NCBI GenBank assembly: GCA_031290815.1
Contig: JAISLO010000006.1
Coordinates: 1 to 40,988 of the forward strand
Direction of reading: 5' to 3'
DNA from: Synergistaceae bacterium
GTDB lineage: Bacteria; Synergistota; Synergistia; Synergistales; Synergistaceae
Length of the DNA stretch: 40,988 nucleotides
In this document: one piece after another, positions 10,152 to 18,226 of the stretch
Position numbering within the stretch: position 1 is the stretch's first letter
How the letters are laid out: every line of letters starts with the position of its first letter
The notes under the pieces: generated by a model
The model's input: the letters and a program-made list of their open reading frames with translations, nothing else
What the model was told of the DNA's origin: nothing
Databases searched by the model: none
Translations under genes and position numbers: made by a program

Positions 10152-11629
10152 GGCGCAGGCTGCTCACCATCCTTTTTATATGCACGCTGCTGCCGGTGCT
10201 GATCGTCCTCTTCGAGTCGGCGGCCACGGTCTTCTCTCAGAAAAAATCCACGACGGAGATCTCCGGGCGCTACGTCGAAAGCCTCGCCAACTACGCCGCC
10301 GACCGCTGGAACGAGGGCAACGTCGAGCGCATAAACGCCTTCCTGTCGCTCGTCGCCGACCAGGGGTACGACAGACTGGTATCCTCGGAGCGCGCGGACT
10401 CGTTCGCTCCAAACCGCCGCATGGAGCGGTTCAAAATCAGCATGAAGGGCAAGTTCATACCAGGCCTGGTGGCCTATGTGACGCTGGATGGCAATCTCAT
10501 CTCCTGCTCCCAGAACGCGACCATACTGACGAAAATCTACGAGAGGACCGTCGCGGAGGCGCGATTTCCCGGCGCATCCGCTGAGGGGCGCATAGTCGGC
10601 AGCATCAGGACCGGGTCCGACTATATAACATACGTCGCCCACACGGCGCCGACGAACGATCCGATGGTCTACGCGGTCGCGGCAGTCACAATGCTCAGCT
10701 GGATGGGAAGGAACGACTTCAACATGATGAAGCTCGCATTCGCTGGAACGATGGGGATGATGATCTGTCTCATCGCGCTGTTCTTTCTCCGCAGGTCGGT
10801 CATAACGCCGCTTCAGGCGCTCTCAGCTCAGGTGAGTACGCTGAAATGGGGCAAAGAGGCGCCTGAGCCCATTCAGGACGGAGCTGCCAGGAGCATAGGC
10901 AAACTTCAGGTCGATGAGATCTCCTCGCTTCGCAGCGCAATATTCGACCTCGCCCTCAGGATGATAGAAAAGGACGAGCTGGAAAAGCGATACCTGGGCG
11001 ACATAATAAAGGCGCAGGAACTGGAGAGGAGCCGCATCGCGCAGGATATTCACGACGGCCCTATTCAGGTCGTCTCGGCTTTCATTCAGCGCATACAGAT
11101 CGCCAATATAACGTCGAAGGACCTCCCCGAATCCACCAGGGAGGAGTTGTCGACCGTCGAGAGCATAGCCGGGGATTTGGTGGAGGACCTGCGAGACATC
11201 TGCGATTCCCTTGTCCCCCCGTGGGTTTCTCTCGGCATAGTGTCGTGCATGGAGGAAGCGGCAAGCAGATTCGAGCGTCAGCATTCCATCACCATATTCA
11301 CGAACGTGGATCAGACGCTCGATATCTCACAGGAAGCCACGCTGGCCATATTCAGAATTTTTCAGGAGGCTGTCTCCAACGCGGTCAGGCACGGGGGGGC
11401 GACCGAGGTGACCGTGGACGCGCGGCGCGACCCGGAAGGCAAGTCCGCAGAGTTCGTGATATCCGACAACGGCTCGGGCTTCAACCCCAACGACAAGATA
11501 ATGAGCGACCTCGTCCGTGACGGAAAGCGAGGCCTCAACGGAATGAGGCAGAGGGTCGAGCTGCTCGGCGGCGAATATGAACTGTGGTCCGAGCCAGGGC
11601 ATGGCACGAGGATCATGATAAGGATATAA
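10145..11629 (+). CDS. Sensor histidine kinase, HisKA_3 (NarX/LiaS/DegS-type), with a periplasmic sensor of about 165 aa between two TM helices
   Basis: 494 aa. TM1 LLTILFICTLLPVLIVLF, TM2 FAGTMGMMICLIALFFL, H-box ERSRIAQDIHDGPIQ, N-box FQEAVSNAVRHG, G-boxes DNGSGF and GLNGMRQR. Overlaps the regulator gene by 7 nt. Confidence 0.92.
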   Translation: MLRRRLLTILFICTLLPVLIVLFESAATVFSQKKSTTEISGRYVESLANYAADRWNEGNVERINAFLSLVADQGYDRLVSSERADSFAPNRRMERFKISMKGKFIPGLVAYVTLDGNLISCSQNATILTKIYERTVAEARFPGASAEGRIVGSIRTGSDYITYVAHTAPTNDPMVYAVAAVTMLSWMGRNDFNMMKLAFAGTMGMMICLIALFFLRRSVITPLQALSAQVSTLKWGKEAPEPIQDGAARSIGKLQVDEISSLRSAIFDLALRMIEKDELEKRYLGDIIKAQELERSRIAQDIHDGPIQVVSAFIQRIQIANITSKDLPESTREELSTVESIAGDLVEDLRDICDSLVPPWVSLGIVSCMEEAASRFERQHSITIFTNVDQTLDISQEATLAIFRIFQEAVSNAVRHGGATEVTVDARRDPEGKSAEFVISDNGSGFNPNDKIMSDLVRDGKRGLNGMRQRVELLGGEYELWSEPGHGTRIMIRI

Positions 11630-11724
11630 GAAAACCTGCCAAGAGGGAGATTGCGATAGCCATGCCCTGTAGGGTAGATCTCGCCAAGGTGGGGCTCGAA
11701 GAAAATTTGAGCGGGCCCGACGTA

Positions 11725-11753
11725 TGGACAAGAGCGGGCGATTGTCATATAAT
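11725..11753 (+). promoter_or_regulatory. Sigma70-like promoter upstream of the tRNA-Ser pair
   Basis: TGGACA (11725-11730), 17-nt spacer, TATAAT (11748-11753), about 40 nt upstream of the first tRNA. Confidence 0.5.
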
Positions 11754-11793
11754 CCGCTTTGTTGGCTGGCAGAGACGCGTTGATATGTTTTGC

Positions 11794-11886
11794 GGAGGGG
11801 TGGCCGAGCGGTCGAAGGCGGGCGACTCGAAATCGTCTTAGCGGTGCTGAGCCGCTACGTGGGTTCAAATCCCACCCTCTCCGCCA
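11794..11886 (+). tRNA. tRNA-Ser (anticodon CGA), CCA encoded
   Basis: Hand-folded cloverleaf. Acceptor GGAGGGG/CCTCTCC, anticodon stem GGCGA/TCGTC with loop CTCGAAA, long variable arm (GCGG..CCGC), T-arm GTGGG-TTCAAAT-CCCAC, discriminator G, then CCA. Confidence 0.9.
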
Positions 11887-11932
11887 AGTACAAGCAGTCG
11901 TATGACGCCAGTCAGAGCAAAAGCTATGCAGC

Positions 11933-12027
<95 letters not shown>

Positions 12028-12237
12028 TTCTGAACAAATTATAATCCTTATCGTTACTAATATCGTCATAGTCAGCATTTACGGTGTTTTTTCGACTCTC
12101 CTGCAACTCCAGACAAATTATCAGCGGCCGGATTCCATTCGAACTCCACTTCATTCCGAGGATGACGACATGGCAAATGTAGGATATAATATAATAGTGG
12201 TACGTGGTAGATTCGCGCGCCGGAGGAGGGGCGGTCT

Positions 12238-12855
12238 TTGAAAAGGGTTGCCCTGTATGTCTTGCTTGCTTCTGGAGTGTTGATAGGGCTTATCTGGCAT
12301 TTTGCCCTCGATCAGACGACGTTCGCTTTTGTGGCCGTTCTTCTGATTCTGCTCATCCCTGTGCCGCTGATATGCATTGCGACAAGGTCCAGCGCTCAGA
12401 GGGAGGAGGAAGTCAGAGGCGCGCTCGAAGCGGCTCGGAACTTTGTCCTTGCGCGCAAGGAGATCCGGTCCAGGATTCCCAAGAACAATCCGCGCAGAGA
12501 ATCGCCCGCGGCGTTCGAGGGCGCGGCTAAGATCGGCGCTGTCCGTTCCATGGCCCCGCTTCTCCGCAAGCCGAACCTGCGGATGATCGTTTTGGAGGTG
12601 TGTGACTTCGCGGACATGGTGCTGGAGACTATAAGGCGGATGCCGTGCGACTCGCCGGCTGCGGTCTTCTTCTCTGAGAACCTCCTGTCCCGCCTCGTGG
12701 ACGCGCTGGATATATGCTTCGAAATAAGCTGCCGAGACAAGAACGCCGCCTCCCCAACGGCTGACGCGCGAGAAATAGAGTGTTTCAGCTTCTTCATAAC
12801 CGCCATCAAAAAACAGCAGGATCTCATCCTGTTCGAGGGAGAAAGCAAGGGATAA
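12238..12855 (+). CDS. Hypothetical membrane protein (two N-terminal TM helices plus a helical cytoplasmic domain; architecture reminiscent of the XpaC/5-bromo-4-chloroindolyl-phosphate-hydrolysis family)
   Basis: 205 aa. TTG start 5 nt after the strong SD GGAGGAGGGG. TM helices VALYVLLASGVLIGLIW and FAFVAVLLILLIPVPLICI. Codon usage resembles neighbouring genes. The family suggestion is weak. Confidence 0.6.
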   Translation: MKRVALYVLLASGVLIGLIWHFALDQTTFAFVAVLLILLIPVPLICIATRSSAQREEEVRGALEAARNFVLARKEIRSRIPKNNPRRESPAAFEGAAKIGAVRSMAPLLRKPNLRMIVLEVCDFADMVLETIRRMPCDSPAAVFFSENLLSRLVDALDICFEISCRDKNAASPTADAREIECFSFFITAIKKQQDLILFEGESKG

Positions 12856-12945
12856 TCATATGTTATACCCTTGCCATTCGGGCATCTGACATAAAACCAC
12901 GTGAAAGCCCACGTGAAACCATCCTTAAATCCCTTGCAATCATCC

Positions 12946-12973
12946 TGGAAATGCCGAGGAATTGTGCTAAAAT
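12946..12973 (+). promoter_or_regulatory. Candidate extended -10 promoter for carAB
   Basis: TGGAAA (12946-12951), 16-nt spacer ending in TGc, TAAAAT (12968-12973), about 55 nt upstream of the carA start. Confidence 0.35.
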
Positions 12974-13027
12974 GAGAAGTATATTGGGCATGTGATATAA
13001 ACTTTGGTTTTATTAGGGGGAAATCTA

Positions 13028-14113
13028 GTGTCGTCTGCATATCTGGTTCTCGAAAACGGCGGAGTTTTCGAGGGGGAGTCCTTTGGCCTGGCGGCGGATG
13101 CCGAAGGGGTTACCGGCGAAGTGGTGTTCACTACCGGGATGACCGGTTACCTCGAGACTCTGACGGATCCAAGCTATCATGGACAGATTATAGTGCAAAC
13201 ATGGCCTCTGATAGGAAACTACGGAGTGATACGCGATGATTTCGAGAGTTTGTCGCTGCAGCCGAGGGGGTACGTGGTCAGGGAATGCTGCGACACGCCG
13301 TCCAACTTCCGCAGCGAGGGTCCTCTCGCTTCGCTGCTTGCCGAGCGCGGAATAGTCGGAGTCAAGGGAATAGACACGCGAGCCCTCACCCGGATTATAA
13401 GGGAGAAGGGCGTGATGAACGGAATCATAACGAGCGATCCTGAGAACGTCAGCCTCGACTCTCTCCGGAGCTACGCGATACGCGACGCCGTGGCCGGTGT
13501 TTCGACGCGCGAGGTTTTTGTCGTAAATCCCGACACTTCCGAAGGCAGCGGACATCACGTCGTGCTATGGGACTTCGGGGCCAAGGCGAATATCGCGCGC
13601 TCCCTGGCCTCAAGAGGCTGCAAGGTTACCGTGGTCCCTCACAGCCTCACGGCGGAACAGATCCTGAAACTCGAACCGGACGGCGTGACGTTGTGCAACG
13701 GCCCCGGCGACCCGGAGGAGAACGCGGGCGTTATAGCCGAACTCAAAAAATTTACGGAGAGCATGACACCGGTGTTTGGCATCTGTCTCGGCCATCAGAT
13801 CCTGGCCCTGGCCATGGGCGCCTCCACGGAAAAGATGAAATACGGCCACAGAGGGTCGAATCAACCAGTGCGCGATACTCGGACGGGATCTATATCCATA
13901 ACGACTCAAAATCACGGTTACTCCGTCGCGCCGGACAGCCTTCCGCGCGGCGCGATTCTGCGGTACGTCAACGCGAACGACGGAACGTGCGAGGGGATAG
14001 ACTACGAAAACATACCTGCCTTCAGCGTTCAATTTCACCCGGAGGCGTCGGCGGGACCGCTGGACACATCGTTCCTCTTCGACCGTTTTATCCTCATGAT
14101 GGAGGCTGAGTAA
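13028..14113 (+). CDS. carA: Carbamoyl-phosphate synthase small (glutamine amidotransferase) subunit
   Basis: SSAYLVLENGGVFEGESFG..GEVVFTTGMTGYLETLTDPSY.., catalytic triad context GICLGHQ and ..QFHPEA. The GTG at 13028 follows SD AGGGGG by 7 nt and aligns with the canonical CarA N-terminus. The ORF track starts at a TTG at 13004. Confidence 0.95.
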   Translation: MSSAYLVLENGGVFEGESFGLAADAEGVTGEVVFTTGMTGYLETLTDPSYHGQIIVQTWPLIGNYGVIRDDFESLSLQPRGYVVRECCDTPSNFRSEGPLASLLAERGIVGVKGIDTRALTRIIREKGVMNGIITSDPENVSLDSLRSYAIRDAVAGVSTREVFVVNPDTSEGSGHHVVLWDFGAKANIARSLASRGCKVTVVPHSLTAEQILKLEPDGVTLCNGPGDPEENAGVIAELKKFTESMTPVFGICLGHQILALAMGASTEKMKYGHRGSNQPVRDTRTGSISITTQNHGYSVAPDSLPRGAILRYVNANDGTCEGIDYENIPAFSVQFHPEASAGPLDTSFLFDRFILMMEAE

Positions 14114-14114
14114 A

Positions 14115-17100
14115 ATGCCTCTCTACGGCGGTGTGCGCAAGGTTCTCGTGATAGGCTCGGGCCCGATAGTCATAGGGCAGGCGGCCGAATTCGACTATGC
14201 CGGCACCCAGGCGTGCAGGGCGCTGCGCGAGGACGGGCTCGAGATAGTGCTCGTCAACTCAAACCCGGCCACGATAATGACCGACTCCGCGATGGCCGAC
14301 GTGGTGTACATCGAACCGCTCACGGTGACGACGCTCAAACGAATCATCGACAAGGAGCGCCCCGACAGCATACTGCCGACGCTCGGCGGACAGACGGGGC
14401 TGACGTTGGCCATGATGCTGGCGAAGGAGGGATTTCTCGCCGAGAGAGGGATAAAACTTCTGGGCGCCAGCCCCGAAACGATAGACATGGCCGAGGACAG
14501 ACAGCTCTTCAAGGATGCGATGGAGAGGATCGGGCAGCCTGTGATTCCGTCCAGGGTCGTGGAAAATGTCGCCGACGCGCTGACATTCGCGGATGAGATC
14601 GGATATCCTCTCATAGTGCGGCCCGCGTTCACCCTTGGGGGGAGCGGGGGCGGGATCGCGTCGTCCGCCGGCGAGCTAAGGCGCGTCGCCGAAGACGGCC
14701 TGAGGATGTCGCCCATCGGACAGATACTGGTAGAGCGGTCCGTAGCCGGCTGGAAGGAGATAGAGTTCGAGGTGATGCGCGACTCCGCAGGCAACGTCGT
14801 CACAGTCTGCGGCATGGAAAATTTCGACCCGGTCGGGATCCACACGGGGGACAGCATAGTCGTCGCCCCCACGCTCACGCTCTCCGACAAGGAGTATCAG
14901 ATGCTCCGGACGGCGGCCCTGGACATAATATCCGAGCTCGGCATAGAGGGCGGATGCAACTGCCAGTTCGCCCTCTCCCCCGACAGCTTCGATTACGCCG
15001 TGATAGAGGTGAACCCGAGGGTTTCGCGTTCGTCGGCCCTCGCCTCCAAGGCCACCGGGTACCCCATAGCTAAGGTCGCCGCCAAGATCGCGATAGGTTA
15101 CAGGCTGGATGAGATTCCCAACGCCGTGACCGGCAAGACCAGCGCCTGCTTCGAGCCTGCGCTTGACTACGTGGCCGTGAAGTTTCCGAAGTGGCCGTTC
15201 GACAAGTTCGCCCGCGCCCCAAGGACGCTCGGCACCCAGATGAAGGCGACCGGAGAGGTGATGTCGCTCGCGCCGTCGTTCGAGATGGCTCTGATGAAGG
15301 CGGTGCGCGGCGCCGAAATACACCAGCAGACGCTTTATCTGTCGAAACTCGGAAAACTCGACGACGCCAGCCTCATGGATGCGCTGCGCACGGCCACGGA
15401 CGAGCGGATATTTCAGATCTTCGAAGCCATGCGGCGAGGCGTCTCATGCGACGAGATACATGGAATCACCAAGATAGACAGGTGGTTTCTATACAGGTTG
15501 GAAAACCTCGTCCGCTTCGAATCGGAGCTGAGGGAAACGGGCCTCACCGACGCCATGCACCGAGAGGGAAAGCGGCTCGGGTATCCCGACAACGTGCTGG
15601 AGACGATCTCGGGAGGAACCGTGAGCCGGCATATTCCGGCATCCTACAAGATGGTCGACACGTGCGCGGGAGAGTTCGCGGCGGAGACCCCTTACTTTTA
15701 CTCGACCTTTGACGATGACAACGAGGCTGAGGATTTCATCAAGTCGAGGAGCGCCGGAAACAAGGGGACCATAGTCGTCCTCGGTTCCGGCCCGATTCGC
15801 ATCGGGCAGGGTATAGAATTCGATTATTCCAGCGTCCACTGCGCTTGGGCGCTGAGGCGGCTCGGATATGAAGTCGTGATAATAAACAACAACCCGGAGA
15901 CGGTGTCGACCGATTTCGACACTGCCGACAGGTTGTATTTCGAACCGCTGACACCTGAGGATGTCAGAGACATCCTGAACCTCGAAAAACCCGTCGGAGT
16001 CGTCGCGGCGTACGGCGGGCAGACCGCCATAAAGCTGGCCGGTTACCTCAACGAGCACGGCTTCGATATCCTGGGCACCTCGTTCGACAGCATAGATCTG
16101 GCCGAGGACAGGGAGAGGTTCGACGCCCTTCTCGGCGGGCTTGGAATTTCGCGCCCCGACGGAGGAACGGCAGTCACCATGGACGAGGCGCTCTCCGCAG
16201 CGAGACGTCTCGGCTATCCCGTCCTCGTCCGGCCGTCGTACGTGCTGGGCGGTCAGAACATGAGCATAGCGTTCTCCGACGACGACGTGCGGGAGTTCAT
16301 GGAGATCATCCTGGACAGCGACGTTCGCGGCCCTGTGCTGATCGACAAGTATCTGCGCGGAACCGAGATAGAGGTGGATGCCGTGTGCGACGGTACCGAC
16401 ATATTGATACCCGGCATCATGGAGCATGTCGAGCGGACCGGCATACACTCCGGCGATTCCATAGCTGTTTATCCGGCGCTCAACGTGACCGACAGGCTGA
16501 TCGATCTCATAGTCGACCACACCGCCAAGATCTCGCTCGCCATGAAGGTCAGGGGAATAGTGAACGTTCAATATATAATCTACGATGACGACGTTTACGT
16601 CATCGAGGTCAATCCCAGGGCGTCCAGGACCGTGCCTTATATAAGCAAGGTCACGGGGGTCCCCATTGTGGATCTGGCCACGCGGGCGATGCTGGGCGAG
16701 CGCCTGTCGGACATGGGATATGGGACCGGGTTGTATCCTCCGGCACCGTACGCGGCCGTCAAGGTCCCGGTGTTCTCGTTCGAAAAACTTCACGGCGTGG
16801 ACACTCATCTCGGCCCCGAAATGAAGTCCACCGGAGAGGTTCTGGGCATCGGCAAGACGCTGGAGGAGGCGATGTACAAGGGACTGCTGGCCGCCGGTTA
16901 CAAGCTGCTGAGGAGCGGAGGCGTTCTCTTCACCGTCAGGGACAGCGATAAGCCCGAGATCGTCGACGTCGCGAAGAAGTACGCGTCACTGGGTTTGAAC
17001 CTCTACGCGACGCGAGGGACGGCGTCCGCCCTCTCCCGCTCAGGGCTCCCCGCCATAGTCATACACAAGATCAGCGAGGCCTGCGACAATGTGATCACGC

Positions 17101-18161
17101 TCATGGAGAGCGGCAAGGTGCAGTACATAGTGTCGACGTCGGCGCGAGGCCGCGATCCTGCGAAGGAGAGCGCTCAGATCAGGTCGCTCGCCACTCGCCT
17201 GGGCATCCCGTGCCTGACTTCGATAGATACCGCGACCGCCCTCGCCGACAGTCTGAAGAGCAGATACAGCGAGGGGAACACCGAACTGGTGGACATCAAC
17301 GACATGAGGCGCGAGCGCAGGGCGATACGCTTCTCCAAGATGCACAGCTGCGGTAAGGACGACCTGTACTTCGATTGTTTCGATCAGGACATAGAGTCCC
17401 CTGAATCACTGTCGATAATGCTCGCGGACAGGCATTTCGGGGTGGGCGGTCACGGCGTCGTGATGATGTACCCATCGGAACGGGCGGACGCCACGATGAG
17501 GCTCTTCAACACCGACGGAAGCGAGGGATTCATGAGCGCGTCCGCGATAACCTGCATCGGCAAGTACCTGTACGAGAGCGGGAGGACGGGCGGCCGCAAG
17601 GATATGACGATCGAGACCCAAAGCGGCGTCATGAGGCTCGATATATACACGAGATACGGCAGAGCGGTCTCCGGAAGGGTGAACCTCGGCGCGCCCAGGT
17701 TCCTGCCGGCCGACATCCCGGTCCTCCTGGCCGGAGCGAGGGTCATGGGCCGCGTCGTCGAAATCGGCGGCAAGGCTTTCTCCATCACATGCGTGTCGAT
17801 GGGAAGTCCGCACTGTGTGATATTCTGCAATGATATCGACAATTGCGGCATAGAGACTCTCGGTCCGTTGGTGGAGACCGCTTCGATATTCCCGATGAGG
17901 ACTAATGTAGAATTTGTCAAGGTTTTGGACGACCGGACCCTGAGGATGCGGATATGGGAGCGCGGGGACGGCGAGACCCCCGCGAGCGGAAGCGGCGCCT
18001 GCGCCGCTGTCGTATCGGCTGTCCAGAACGGCTTTTGTTCCAGGTCAGGCTTAGTCCGCGTGATCCAAAACGGAGGGGACATGACGGTGGACTATTCGGG
18101 AGACGAGGTTATCCTGAACTGCAGGGTGCACAAGGTCTTCGACGGCGCGGTGGAAATATAA
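14115..18161 (+). CDS. carB: Carbamoyl-phosphate synthase large subunit (residues 1-1070) fused in frame to a DapF-like domain (residues 1071-1348)
   Basis: 1348-aa uninterrupted ORF. Both ATP-grasp halves are present ([22 protein letters not shown].. and [21 protein letters not shown]..), as is the MGS-like allosteric domain ([22 protein letters not shown]..). After ..ELVDINDM the frame continues into a DapF homologue. Confidence 0.93.
   Translation: [1348 protein letters not shown]
17325..18161 (+). other. DapF (diaminopimelate epimerase)-like C-terminal domain of CarB with catalytic Cys-to-Ser substitutions
   Basis: [13 protein letters not shown].., [83 protein letters not shown]. These align end to end with E. 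coli DapF ([92 protein letters not shown]). Confidence 0.85.
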
Positions 18162-18170
18162 ACAAAACAA

Positions 18171-18207
18171 GGGCCACAAAAACCGGGTCGCCCGGTTCAT
18201 GTGGCCC
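18171..18207. terminator. Bidirectional stem-loop between convergent carB and the OmpM-like gene
   Basis: Outer stem GGGCCACA (18171-18178)/TGTGGCCC (18200-18207), inner stem ACCGGG/CCCGGT. Lies in the 65-nt convergent gap. Confidence 0.65.
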
Positions 18208-18226
18208 AGCACATTGAAATCGCGCG

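Noticed and set aside
12396-13040. 214-aa minus-strand ORF opposite the 205-aa membrane protein and the carA promoter
   Set aside because: The plus-strand ORF has a strong SD, TM helices and host-like codon pattern. The minus ORF has no SD and crosses the carA start region.
15489-16808. 439-aa minus-strand ORF inside carB
   Set aside because: Antisense to a highly conserved CarB segment. Arg/Gly/Val/Asp-rich with no recognisable motif. A GC-rich frame artefact.
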